A stretch of 58,550 nt of DNA from a virus (lineage: Duplodnaviria > Caudoviricetes), in the IMG/VR virus record IMGVR_UViG_3300007513_000047, positions 1 through 58,550 of that record; one strand, written 5' to 3'. Under the pieces are notes generated by a model. That model saw only the letters and a program-made list of their open reading frames with translations. It had not been told where the DNA came from and did no database searches. Position 1 is the first letter of the stretch; each line of letters opens with the position of its first letter. A program made the position numbers and the translations under genes. Below are positions 35,853-45,524 of the stretch, in pieces.

Positions 35853-35975
35853 TTATCGAAAAGCCCATATTCCAGCAGCTGTAAAGTAAACAAACATGAA
35901 AGCTATTGTTAGCCAACTAGTTGTATCGTCCCAACCTGCAAGTGGTTTAAATTTGTATTCTTTATTCATTTCCAT
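35853..35975 (-). CDS. 40-aa membrane peptide (not in ORF track)
   Basis: MEMNKEYKFKPLAGWDDTTSWLTIAFMFVYFTAAGIWAFR. Confidence 0.5.
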   Translation of the reverse strand: MEMNKEYKFKPLAGWDDTTSWLTIAFMFVYFTAAGIWAFR

Positions 35976-36033
35976 TTAGTCACTCTTAAAAGTAACCATT
36001 CGAGAATTCGAATGAGTCGAGCTTTGATTTTCA

Positions 36034-36549
36034 TCAGTGAAACTTCTTTTTGTCTTTGGGTGGTAATGCGTATTTGAATTCTTCGAAATCATCTTCTGTC
36101 ATATCTTCTAACATTTCTTCTATGAATTCTGCATCTGGTGCTGAGAATATCGCCTTCTCATCTTGTAGTAATCTATCTATGTGTCTTCTCATTACCTCTT
36201 GCACTTTCAAATCTTCTGCGTTGGCCAATGGTATAGATTTATTCTCAATCATATCCATCCACTTAGAAGATGCATTATCGTAATAAGGAACGAATTGTTC
36301 GTTCATTAGATTTCTATGAACTATTTCAAACTTCGGTATATTGACTTTCTCTTCAGCACTTAATGGTGCATAAGGATAAAACACTGCATTAGTTCTTGGT
36401 GTACCTGGAATTAAAGACAACTGACATATCATTGGTAATGTTATCTCAATTGTGTCTCCTAAGTCTCTGGTCATTCCAACAACTTCAGCACCATTCTTAA
36501 GTTTGATAACTTCGTATCTTTCAGGTATTAAATCTGATGGTATTGCCAT
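36034..36549 (-). CDS. hypothetical protein downstream of uvsW (Sm-like N-terminus)
   Basis: VIKLKNGAEVVG pattern; position typical of marine T4-like phages. Confidence 0.7.
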   Translation of the reverse strand: MAIPSDLIPERYEVIKLKNGAEVVGMTRDLGDTIEITLPMICQLSLIPGTPRTNAVFYPYAPLSAEEKVNIPKFEIVHRNLMNEQFVPYYDNASSKWMDMIENKSIPLANAEDLKVQEVMRRHIDRLLQDEKAIFSAPDAEFIEEMLEDMTEDDFEEFKYALPPKDKKKFH

Positions 36550-37980
36550 TTACTTAAGCTCGAATTGTTTGAGTTCATAAGGAAAATTCTCCTCGTTATA
36601 AGTATTTATGCGTTCCTTTAAGTGAACAAGGGTATAATTTTGATACCCTAAGTCGTCTGCGATATCAAATAACCTCATACTATCTTTACCTTCCACTTTA
36701 CGAAGACCCCTACCAATAGACTGTAGGTTTCGTATTCTTGACTTGGAAGGACTTGCAAAAACGATATTATCAATTCGTTTTATATTAATACCTGTCGAAA
36801 AAGTTCCATATGATGCAAGTATAGTATCTTCTTTATTTCTCTCAACAATTTCTCTAACTGACTCTCTATCTTCTGTATCTGTTCCACCATAAACATAATG
36901 TAAGTTTCCACCCATGTCTGCATTAGACATCATATCAAATAACTTTACACCATGTTTTTCAACAAACTGGAACAGTACAAGTGTGTTTCCCTTTAAACTC
37001 TTAACTAAATTCAATATGAACATATTTCTTTTCTCATTAGAAACAAGATAGTCCATCTCTTCTTGATATGACATTTTCTTCATTTTGGTATGACATAGTA
37101 TGACACAATCAATATTAATTTGTGCAATTGTTCCCTTTTCCATAAGTTCGGAAGATGATACAACTTTCTTAACAGGTCCAAACAAACCTTCTAACTGTAG
37201 TCTATGAACTTCTGAACCATCTAATGTTCCTGTTGTACCTATTCTAATTGCAGTAGACTTCATCTTCTCTAAGATACCTTTAAGTGTTGTTGCCTTAAAT
37301 AAGTGTGCTTCGTCTCCGACAACCATGTCGAATGTTTGCATTACCTTCTTGGGTGCTTTACTAAATGATTGCCATGTAGTAATTGTTATAGGTGCATCGA
37401 ACACTTCTTGACCATGATATATCTTACAGATAGGTTCTTTATAACCATACTCTACAAAATCTTTCGCCATTTGTTCTACTAATGATGTTGTTGGAACTAT
37501 GATTACAGTTTTCTTATTATAGTATCTTGCCAACATATAAATGATTAATGATTTACCACTTGCAGTTGGAGATAAAAGAAGTTGTCTGCCATATTGCACA
37601 GCAGTTCTAAATGCTTCCATCTGATAATCTCTAGGTGAGAAAGGTAAATTTAGTTCTTCTATAAACTGATGCAACTCTTCTGTTGCTCTTTGTTTCTCTC
37701 CTATTACATCTTCTATACCACTAAAATCGAAACCTCTTTCTCTACAAAACTCGTCAACATAGGGTAATAGTCCTATGTAAATCTTACGAGTTTTTATTGA
37801 AAACAGTCTGACTTTGCCATCCCAATACTTATTTCTATAAGAAGGCATGAACTTAGCATTTGGAACTGTAAACGAAAAGAAGTCGTATAAGTCTCGTGCA
37901 AGACCATCGTCACATTCGACTTTCATAAAACATTCGTCTACCTTTGAGACGATAACTTGATTAGACATAGGGTTGACCAT
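36550..37980 (-). CDS. uvsW: UvsW SF2 helicase
   Basis: PRDYQ, SPTASGKS, DEAH, TGT and QSIGRGLR. Confidence 0.96.
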   Translation of the reverse strand: MVNPMSNQVIVSKVDECFMKVECDDGLARDLYDFFSFTVPNAKFMPSYRNKYWDGKVRLFSIKTRKIYIGLLPYVDEFCRERGFDFSGIEDVIGEKQRATEELHQFIEELNLPFSPRDYQMEAFRTAVQYGRQLLLSPTASGKSLIIYMLARYYNKKTVIIVPTTSLVEQMAKDFVEYGYKEPICKIYHGQEVFDAPITITTWQSFSKAPKKVMQTFDMVVGDEAHLFKATTLKGILEKMKSTAIRIGTTGTLDGSEVHRLQLEGLFGPVKKVVSSSELMEKGTIAQINIDCVILCHTKMKKMSYQEEMDYLVSNEKRNMFILNLVKSLKGNTLVLFQFVEKHGVKLFDMMSNADMGGNLHYVYGGTDTEDRESVREIVERNKEDTILASYGTFSTGINIKRIDNIVFASPSKSRIRNLQSIGRGLRKVEGKDSMRLFDIADDLGYQNYTLVHLKERINTYNEENFPYELKQFELK

Positions 37981-38671
37981 GATACCAACTAACTAGAGAT
38001 ACTCTTGTTCCTCGTGTCACCGGCGTGACTTGGTGATGCACAAATGAAGGAAATACGATAAGTGTTCCTCGTGCCTTTGCACTGAAAGGTGCTGTCTTGA
38101 TATATGGATCCACATTGATGTTCTGAGAACCTGTTGCTTTGAGTTTATCAAATAAGCCTGCTGGTTCAATCCATTGAAAGTTGCCTCCCTCATATTCATC
38201 TGCATCTGATAATTGAATTGTTGAACTAAGTTTTCTTCTTCTACCACCAGGCGATTGGTCACCTTCACCGGCATCTGTATGCCATGTATAGAAATCTCCT
38301 GTGACTGGTTCATCTGGTCTATGTTTGTAAATTGTATATTGATGATTTTCTACATGGTCCCACTGATGCAACCAATCTGCATCTATACTTGCTTGATTTA
38401 CTCCATCTGTAATTCTTTGTTGAATCTCATTGGGCATGACACTGTGCTCTATCCATTTAATTTCTGATTGTCTGATGTATCTATCATCATTACCTTCCAA
38501 TGGATCAGGTGAATCTGGATCCACATCTTTATTACCAATAAGACCTGGAAGAGTTTCTATTTGATTTGCAACTGCGTGTATCTTATCAACTTCGTGTGGT
38601 GTAAAATAATTAGGAAAGACTACACAATATTGTCTTAATATCATTATTGACCCGCCATAAATTTGCGCCAT
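37961..38671 (-). CDS. 2OG-Fe(II) oxygenase (PKHD-type)
   Basis: WHTD, RKLSSTIQLSDADEYEGG and FPSFVHHQVTPVTRGTRVSLVSW; the true start is probably near 38644. Confidence 0.9.
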   Translation of the reverse strand: MAQIYGGSIMILRQYCVVFPNYFTPHEVDKIHAVANQIETLPGLIGNKDVDPDSPDPLEGNDDRYIRQSEIKWIEHSVMPNEIQQRITDGVNQASIDADWLHQWDHVENHQYTIYKHRPDEPVTGDFYTWHTDAGEGDQSPGGRRRKLSSTIQLSDADEYEGGNFQWIEPAGLFDKLKATGSQNINVDPYIKTAPFSAKARGTLIVFPSFVHHQVTPVTRGTRVSLVSWYHGQPYV

Positions 38672-39087
38672 TCAATGGTGTTTCTGATTGTTTGATGTCT
38701 CCATGTGATATTATCCATACATCTCTTAATGAAGTCTACAGTGACTTCAAGATATTCTATTTTAGATTTTAATTTAACTAAATCTTCATCTGAATTGAAG
38801 AAGTAATTCATATCATTCTTCATGATTTTAAGACCATCGAATGGGTCTTTTTGCCAACCAAACTTCTCTATAGTATCGTCATCTAACTTACCTGTAAACC
38901 ACAACCACTTATACTTTAATAGTTCGTTGTAGTCAGTGTTTAACTTCTTAAGTAGTAATACTTTGTTGGTTAGTTCGTCTGAATATTTTGCGTGGAGTTT
39001 GGGAACTTCTAAAGATGCAGAATCAAGTTCTATATCATCAATAATGCAATCCTTTTCCCACTCAGCTTTAAGTTCTTGTAAGTTCAT
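38644..39087 (-). CDS. uvsY: UvsY recombination mediator
   Basis: PKLHAKY...IRNTIEWRKF; located between gp3 and uvsW. Confidence 0.9.
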   Translation of the reverse strand: MNLQELKAEWEKDCIIDDIELDSASLEVPKLHAKYSDELTNKVLLLKKLNTDYNELLKYKWLWFTGKLDDDTIEKFGWQKDPFDGLKIMKNDMNYFFNSDEDLVKLKSKIEYLEVTVDFIKRCMDNITWRHQTIRNTIEWRKFMAGQ

Positions 39088-39130
39088 AATATACCATTAT
39101 AACACAATATAGTAGTATTTATAAGGGGTT

Positions 39131-39676
39131 TTAAGACTTGGTTGCTATGTCGTAGTATGAGAATCTAAATGATACATTAACTAGTGCTGGTTCTGCATCA
39201 GCACCAGATTCTAGTTCAATTGAACCTAATGCAATAGGAAATGCATCATGGAATCTAATATATCTGTTTGCGATATTTTTATTTGTGTTGATAACTAGTG
39301 TTATATCTGAGTATTGATTTAAGTCATTTGCAGTAGATTGTAAAACATTTGTACCTGATTTTGCAGTTCCGGTAAATGTTCCATACAATTCTGGATCACT
39401 TAAAGGAACTATAGAGTCTATCCAATTGTATATCTCTACAAAGTTCTGTAAGTCTTCGTCTACTAAGAATGATACTTCTAATGTATCGAATGATGCCTTA
39501 TCGCCTGGAAAGAAAGCTTCTAAACCAACACCAGCAGGTTGAACTGTTTCTCCAAACTGAACACCTGGTATGTTTACTGTTCTAACATAATATTCTACAG
39601 TAGGGACTTTATCTATTAGAAGTCTAAAGTTATTTTTATTTAGAATCGATTTGTTTATATCTGTTTTTATACCCAT
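39131..39676 (-). CDS. 3: gp3 tail completion / sheath stabiliser
   Basis: NIPG, FLVDEDLQNFVEIYNWI and DAFPIALG; synteny. Confidence 0.85.
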   Translation of the reverse strand: MGIKTDINKSILNKNNFRLLIDKVPTVEYYVRTVNIPGVQFGETVQPAGVGLEAFFPGDKASFDTLEVSFLVDEDLQNFVEIYNWIDSIVPLSDPELYGTFTGTAKSGTNVLQSTANDLNQYSDITLVINTNKNIANRYIRFHDAFPIALGSIELESGADAEPALVNVSFRFSYYDIATKS

Positions 39677-39690
39677 GCTACTATTTATGC

Positions 39691-39713
39691 AAAAGGGGAC
39701 CGTAGTCCCCTTT
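39691..39713 (-). terminator. intrinsic terminator
   Basis: AAAAGGGGAC-CGTA-GTCCCCTTT. Confidence 0.8.
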
Positions 39714-39731
39714 CTTAGTTAATAAAAGTAT

Positions 39732-39947
39732 TTACTTCTCATTAACGAACTCATTCAACTGTCTAGCAGTCGCAATGACTTCTTCCGTAGAAACGAATTG
39801 GTCACCTAGTGCCCTTTTATCGTTTGGGAAGTTTTCATTGTGAATACCAATAGCCTCATTATCTCTGTAGAGGTTTCCTTCTAAGAGACCTTGTGCTTGG
39901 TTTAGTAAGTCGGCTCTGATTTCGAAGCCTGATTTTGGTTGTGACAT
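39732..39947 (-). CDS. hypothetical protein downstream of gp23
   Basis: GFEIRADLL...EEVIATARQLNEFV; strong CAGGAGG SD. Confidence 0.8.
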   Translation of the reverse strand: MSQPKSGFEIRADLLNQAQGLLEGNLYRDNEAIGIHNENFPNDKRALGDQFVSTEEVIATARQLNEFVNEK

Positions 39948-40010
39948 AATTTCCTCCTGTGTGTATGTGTGTTATGTCTGTATCTTAATGATACTTTATA
40001 TTTAGTGCAT

Positions 40011-40039
40011 AAAAAAAGGGGTCTCGAAAGACCCCTTTT
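40011..40039 (-). terminator. gp23 terminator
   Basis: Minus strand GGGGTC-TTTC-GAGACCCC followed by a U7 tract. Confidence 0.88.
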
Positions 40040-40074
40040 AACTTTGAACTGTAGTTCTACTACAATAGAGTTTC

Positions 40075-41379
40075 TTACATAATGTTAGAAACTACCATTT
40101 TTCTGTAGTATTGGTTAGTTCCATCAGTCGCAAGACCGTTAGCAGGTGTAGCACCTACGAATGGGTTTGAAACCATTCCGTATCTTGTTTTGAAACCGAT
40201 TTTAGGTTGGAAAGTATTTTCGCCAACAGCACGAACCATTTGTAATGGAACATATGGGCAATAGAACATACCAGCGTCATAAGGGTTAGTACCTCTATAA
40301 CCAACTGTCATGTAGTCTGCGCCAGCATATGGATCAACATATACTTTAACTCTTCCGTTAAGAACACCGGCGAAAGTATTGCCTGTGTCATCAACATTCA
40401 AGTTAGTGGAAAGTGCAGGTGCGTAATCTAATACACCAGCCATTGAAAGAGCAGATGCAACATCACTTGAGCAAAGGATAAAGTTACCTTTTCCTCTACG
40501 AGTTTCTTTTGCAATTGTGTTTGATTCTCTTTCGATTTGGAACAATAAACCTTTGAACTTCTCAACTGACCATCTTCCGTTAGCGTCAACATCTAAGTTG
40601 AAAGTACCAGCAGTTGCTGTTGCGGCTGCACCAGTTTTTGCTTGGTTGTTTACTTCCCTTACAACTTCTCTGTTAATCTCTGCAAGTATTTCACTTGAAA
40701 GAATGTTTGCTAACTCAGATTCAGCGTCAAGACCGTGGATTGCTTTTAAGTCTTGTGCAAGTTCTAGAGTGTATTCTGCTTTTAATGCTCTGGATACAGC
40801 AGTCACAGTTGATTTTTCAATTGTGAATGACATTTCAGCAAATGCGTTATTAGCGGCATCGCCTAATGCTTCAGCTGTAGCTGTGCTCATACCAGTAGAA
40901 GTAGCGTTTTGATACGCACTACCACCAGCAAATGGATCACCTTCTGGATCAGCATCAACACCAGCGTTGTCAGTGTTAGCTGCGGCTGAATGAGCAGTTC
41001 TCGGCTCATTAACACCCATAGCTTCTGAATTTGCTAATCTTGTACCTGAAGGGTAATCTTGGTATCTTGCTTTCATAGCGAAGATAAGTCCTGTAGGACC
41101 AGTCATTGGTTGAACACCACAAATGTCGTAAGCAACGAGATTTGGCATAGCTCTTCGAACTAGTGAAATTAGGATAGGATCCCAATTACTAATTCCAGTG
41201 CCAGTAGCATTTAAAGGTGCTGCTTCCTCAAGAGTTTGGCGGTCTTCTGCAAGTGCCTTCTCTTGGTTTTCTAGGATTACAGCAGTGACGGCTCTTTTGT
41301 AGTTGTCTTCGATTTTAGGTAAATCGGAGTGCTCTAGAATAGGGCTCCACTTTTCTTGTAAATTTTCTGATAAAAACAT
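40075..41379 (-). CDS. 23: major capsid protein gp23
   Basis: LVRRAMPNL, GVQPMTGPTGLIFAM, RALKAEYTLELAQDLKAIHGLDAE and FQPKIGFKTRYG. Confidence 0.98.
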   Translation of the reverse strand: MFLSENLQEKWSPILEHSDLPKIEDNYKRAVTAVILENQEKALAEDRQTLEEAAPLNATGTGISNWDPILISLVRRAMPNLVAYDICGVQPMTGPTGLIFAMKARYQDYPSGTRLANSEAMGVNEPRTAHSAAANTDNAGVDADPEGDPFAGGSAYQNATSTGMSTATAEALGDAANNAFAEMSFTIEKSTVTAVSRALKAEYTLELAQDLKAIHGLDAESELANILSSEILAEINREVVREVNNQAKTGAAATATAGTFNLDVDANGRWSVEKFKGLLFQIERESNTIAKETRRGKGNFILCSSDVASALSMAGVLDYAPALSTNLNVDDTGNTFAGVLNGRVKVYVDPYAGADYMTVGYRGTNPYDAGMFYCPYVPLQMVRAVGENTFQPKIGFKTRYGMVSNPFVGATPANGLATDGTNQYYRKMVVSNIM

Positions 41380-41397
41380 TTCTGATTTCCTTTAAAT

Positions 41398-42807
41398 TTA
41401 ACCTAATGGTTGTAGTTTACTAATTGCAGATGAATACTGAGTCATAGTAGGATCTAGAACAGTTTCTTCACTTGAAGTAAATTCACCAGTTCCTTCTTCT
41501 ACTCTCGTTTCTTCTGCGATGTCTTCTTCTTTTGGAAAGTAAGCATTCTTAAGTTCTTCAACTTTATCACTAAAGTCTTCAGCACTTGTGAAGTCTACAC
41601 CTTCTGCAAGAGAAACCATCTTCTCTGTTTGTGATTCAGTTAGGTCATTACATGCCTCTCTAATCACATTGCCTCTTTTGAGTTGGTCGTTCTCAGCAAC
41701 TACATCCATATTCTTCTGGACTTCACTGTCGAGTTTTTCTTCCATCTCATCAAGACGATTTGCGAGTTCATCAATAACATTGTACTTATCTTCTGGAACT
41801 TCAACATAATGTTCTACGAACAATGTTTTAAGTCCTTCGATGAAGTTATCTGTCATTTCTGACCTCAAACCTCTTTCGATTGCAAGTTCGTTTTCTTTCG
41901 TCCACTCTTCTGCACAATAGGATAGATATTTGTCAACGGCCTCTGCGAGGTCTTCTTTGACTTTATCTACTGAGGTTTCTAAATTCTTCTCGTAAGTTGT
42001 TTCTAATTCTTCTTTGATTTCAGCAACTTTTGAAGATACAGCGGCTTTGAAGATAGTTCTTGCTTTCTCAGAATTTTCTTCTGATAGTTCAAGTGCTTCT
42101 GAGATTTTCTCTAGGTCGTCTTCTATTTCCATCTCAACTAACTCAGACTCAACTTCTGTAGACTCTTTAGTAGTTTTCTTTTCATCAACTTCTTCTTCGT
42201 CTTCATCATCTTCGTCTTCGTCTTCTTCTTCGTCACCTTCGTCTTCTTCTTTAGCTACTTTTTCTTCAAGCTTCGAATAAGTTTCTGCAACTGTTTCTTC
42301 GTCTGAACCCTTTAAGAATTCTACGATATTTCTTGCAATTTCTGCTTTAGTCAAGGATTCGTCAACCTCTTGAGTTTCGTCCTCAGACTGTACCATTTCT
42401 GAATACATAGTCTGTAAGTCTTCTTTACTCATATCCTTCATAGTGTTGACCATAGCCTTGATTGTTTGCATTTTGGAAGGAGCTTCTTCAGCGATTGTAT
42501 CTTCTGAATCTTTATCTTCTTCCTCTTTTACTTTTTTCAACTTAGGTTGCTTCTCGGCAGGAGCTTCCCCTTTCTGTTGAGCGTCACCACTCACTTCTTT
42601 GGTTCCTTTCTCTGCACTTTTAATAGATGCAACTGCTTTGTCAACAGGATTTTCTTCTGGTTTGACGACTTCACCTTTACCACTTTCAATTTTAGCGGCA
42701 TCAGATGAACCTTGCTTAACAGGTTTTGAGTCACCTTTTTGAGCTTTAGAATCTGGCTGAAGAGCCTCTTCTATTGCCTGTTCTAGGTTTTTTTCTAAAT
42801 CTGCCAT
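41398..42807 (-). CDS. 22: prohead core scaffold gp22
   Basis: Acidic coiled coil; KARTIFKAAV, VDKYLSY..EEW..ENELAIERGLRSE. Confidence 0.92.
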   Translation of the reverse strand: MADLEKNLEQAIEEALQPDSKAQKGDSKPVKQGSSDAAKIESGKGEVVKPEENPVDKAVASIKSAEKGTKEVSGDAQQKGEAPAEKQPKLKKVKEEEDKDSEDTIAEEAPSKMQTIKAMVNTMKDMSKEDLQTMYSEMVQSEDETQEVDESLTKAEIARNIVEFLKGSDEETVAETYSKLEEKVAKEEDEGDEEEDEDEDDEDEEEVDEKKTTKESTEVESELVEMEIEDDLEKISEALELSEENSEKARTIFKAAVSSKVAEIKEELETTYEKNLETSVDKVKEDLAEAVDKYLSYCAEEWTKENELAIERGLRSEMTDNFIEGLKTLFVEHYVEVPEDKYNVIDELANRLDEMEEKLDSEVQKNMDVVAENDQLKRGNVIREACNDLTESQTEKMVSLAEGVDFTSAEDFSDKVEELKNAYFPKEEDIAEETRVEEGTGEFTSSEETVLDPTMTQYSSAISKLQPLG

Positions 42808-42842
42808 TTGTTTCTCCTGTTTGAGTTTTAGCTTAACTCTTT

Positions 42843-42850
42843 TATTTATA
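42843..42850 (-). promoter_or_regulatory. gp55-type late promoter TATAAATA
   Basis: Exact T4 late consensus upstream of gene 22; also at 35833, 39116, 45488, 48090 and 53054, all intergenic. Confidence 0.8.
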
Positions 42851-42852
42851 TA

Positions 42853-43506
42853 TTATAGGTTCTCTACGAACTTTTTCCATAAAATTAATTTGGTTTCTTC
42901 AAGTTTATTAAGCCTTGCAGCTTTTAAATCTTTCTGCATTTGTTCGGCGTCTTGTGCTTTAAGAATACCAGATTCATAGACCCACTCTACTCCTTCCATG
43001 ATGCCTTCTACGAAAGCCTCTGGAGCGGAAGGGTCTGCAACGATATCAGCGGCAGTTGCCAATTGAAAATCGTCTTTAACATATTGAGCACCACCTCGTT
43101 GTTCTAGTGAACCTAGACCACGAGAAGATACTCCTAGTTTTGCACCGTCATTAATCAGATTTCTTACAATCTGACCGTTTGGTGTTGATAAAATCTTTGC
43201 TCTCCCCATGAAGTTATTACCATCTTCTTCTAGTTTGGTAATCATGTGAGATACTTTGTCTAAATTGATTGTTGGACCGTCTGGATGTCCCAACTCACCG
43301 AATGCTCTGTCTTTTTTTACGAACTCTTTTACATATCGGTTTACTTCTTTTGCCATTACGGCTTTAGGGTATACACGACCATTTCTGTTTTTTATTTCTG
43401 CCTGCATGAATACTCCTTCTATGAAGTATTCTTTTTCACCCTTTTCGTTCTCTTCGACTATTACAGGTGCGACTTGATAGTCTGTAAATTCTGATATTAA
43501 TTTCAT
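42853..43506 (-). CDS. 21: prohead protease gp21
   Basis: NRNGRVYP, GELGHP, GVSSRGLGS and DIVADPSAP. Confidence 0.96.
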   Translation of the reverse strand: MKLISEFTDYQVAPVIVEENEKGEKEYFIEGVFMQAEIKNRNGRVYPKAVMAKEVNRYVKEFVKKDRAFGELGHPDGPTINLDKVSHMITKLEEDGNNFMGRAKILSTPNGQIVRNLINDGAKLGVSSRGLGSLEQRGGAQYVKDDFQLATAADIVADPSAPEAFVEGIMEGVEWVYESGILKAQDAEQMQKDLKAARLNKLEETKLILWKKFVENL

Positions 43507-43811
43507 GTATTTGACTCCCTAATTACTGTTAGTATATCATGTTTTGAGATGTCTTCTTCACCCATCTGTCTAATTACATTCTTAATATTCTTCATCTCTT
43601 TCTCAGCAGCCTTCATATTTATATATGGGTCTCCCATTGAAACACCATCTATATAGACATGAACTTTGCCTCGTTTATCCTCTCCGAACCTTATGTCGAG
43701 AGTTTTGCCGGCGACCTTTTGAGTCTCCTTCTTAACTTCTTTCTGGTCACGAGGAAATTTAAACTTTGCCTCATTCAGAATCGTTATTATCTGTTCCCAA
43801 GTCTTCGCCAT
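43503..43811 (-). CDS. probable prohead core protein (gp68 position)
   Basis: Synteny between gp20 and gp21. Confidence 0.55.
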   Translation of the reverse strand: MAKTWEQIITILNEAKFKFPRDQKEVKKETQKVAGKTLDIRFGEDKRGKVHVYIDGVSMGDPYINMKAAEKEMKNIKNVIRQMGEEDISKHDILTVIRESNT

Positions 43812-43956
43812 TGTTCCAATCTACTGACATTTCAACTCTTTTCATGTCGACAGCGTCAGCAGCCTTTTGTTTGATGCCTTGATTTATAGTTTCTCGTGCA
43901 TCGTTTAATTTACCAGATTCAATCTGGTCTACTATCTGTTTACTAATTTCTGACAT
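43771..43956 (-). CDS. probable prohead core protein (gp67 position)
   Basis: Small acidic ORF directly after gp20. Confidence 0.55.
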   Translation of the reverse strand: MSEISKQIVDQIESGKLNDARETINQGIKQKAADAVDMKRVEMSVDWNNGEDLGTDNNDSE

Positions 43957-45482
43957 TAGAATTCATCTCCTTCTTCTTCACTATGTCCCTCACTATCCAT
44001 TTCGCCTTGTATTCTAGCGATATCGTCTTCTGAGAAACGAAGTATATGTTTTCTGATATATTCATCAGAAAAATACTTACCAACAAATGATTCTGCCTGT
44101 GAAAGAGTATCTAATCTTTCTCTGATAATTTCTCCCTCTTTCAATTCTTGGAAGTGATTATCTGTCGCAAAATCATAATATATAAAATCTTTAAATGCAT
44201 CGAACTCTTCTCCTGACACAATGTTTTTCAATATCATTTGTGTTCTGAGTAAATCTGTAAAGAGTCTTGCAAACTTAGTCTGTAATCTCTTTGTGAACTT
44301 ATTAAACTTAAGTTCATCTCTAGATATCTCAGATGCCCTACCCATATTGAAACCATTATCAGCTTCAAGTCTTGAGATAGGTACATTTAGAGAACGATAC
44401 AACTTCTTCTTGAAGTATTCTATATCTTCTATCTCTGAAAGATTCATGCCACCTGGAAGAGTTTCAATCTGAGTTCCTCGACCTCCCTCTCTTCTAGGTA
44501 ACCAGAAATCTTCCAACATTGACATGTGGCGTCTATCATCTTTGATTTCGCCTGTATCTGCATTATAAACAAGTTTATTTCTATACTTGTTCATAGTATC
44601 TGCAAGATACTGTTCTGCCTTTGCCTTTGGAAGGTTTCCTACATCAATGTAGAAAATTCTTCTTTCTGGTGCCCTTGAAATCCTATAGATAACAAGTGCA
44701 TCTTCCATCATTGATAACTGATTCGCAGTCTTCAATGCTTTGTGTAAGTAACCTATGACTACATTCTTAGTGTAATCTAACATACCAGAAGTTGTATAAC
44801 TTACTGCCTCTGGTGCGATTCTTACTGTAGAGCCTTCACTGGCACTACCTTTATCGAAACCTTTATCGCTGAAGATATAAAACTCTTCAACTTTCTTTAT
44901 TATATCAATCTTGGTTTTAGCGTCTTTCTCTTTCTCGACATTTCTAACCTTCTTGATTTTCAAGGGGTCGACATTTCTTATATCAACCATACCTTGCTGT
45001 GGTCTTTTACTGTCAACGACTTTATGGAAATAAATCCTGCCGTCAACATACCACTTTCGGAATAGTTCATGAGAATTTTGATGAAATTTCATTAAGGAGA
45101 GAATCCCCTTAAATTCGTCATGCATCTTGGTTTTGATGCTGTCTGACAATTCTACATCTCTTAAGTCTAATGAGACTATTCTATCTTGGGTATCTGAAAC
45201 TATACATTCATTTACTATATCTTCGATAGCAATATCACATTCTGGAACCAGAGATGTTTCACGGTATCTTGTAATGAGTGCGACCTCATTCTTGATACCG
45301 CCTTCCATATCAATATAGGAACCATATGCTCCACCTGATATGAAACCACCTGGTGCTTGTTGGATAATGGGAGTTCCATCATCCTCAACAGGTGCAACAA
45401 AAGAAGCCGCTGACTTCTTTGCTACATCTTTTACTCTTAACTCGTCTTTCTTACGAGTGATTTCAAACCCAAAAATTTCCAT
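43956..45482 (-). CDS. 20: portal protein gp20
   Basis: WYVDGRIYFHK, YRISRAPERRIFYIDVGNLPK and EDFWLPRREGGRGT. Confidence 0.98.
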   Translation of the reverse strand: MEIFGFEITRKKDELRVKDVAKKSAASFVAPVEDDGTPIIQQAPGGFISGGAYGSYIDMEGGIKNEVALITRYRETSLVPECDIAIEDIVNECIVSDTQDRIVSLDLRDVELSDSIKTKMHDEFKGILSLMKFHQNSHELFRKWYVDGRIYFHKVVDSKRPQQGMVDIRNVDPLKIKKVRNVEKEKDAKTKIDIIKKVEEFYIFSDKGFDKGSASEGSTVRIAPEAVSYTTSGMLDYTKNVVIGYLHKALKTANQLSMMEDALVIYRISRAPERRIFYIDVGNLPKAKAEQYLADTMNKYRNKLVYNADTGEIKDDRRHMSMLEDFWLPRREGGRGTQIETLPGGMNLSEIEDIEYFKKKLYRSLNVPISRLEADNGFNMGRASEISRDELKFNKFTKRLQTKFARLFTDLLRTQMILKNIVSGEEFDAFKDFIYYDFATDNHFQELKEGEIIRERLDTLSQAESFVGKYFSDEYIRKHILRFSEDDIARIQGEMDSEGHSEEEGDEF

Positions 45483-45524
45483 AATAATATTTATAACTCC
45501 CTAAAGGGGGAGTTATTCACTAAA

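Noticed and set aside
42180-42250. tcttcg/tcatc microsatellite-like tract
   Set aside because: It encodes the acidic Glu/Asp linker of scaffold gp22, which is ordinary for this protein
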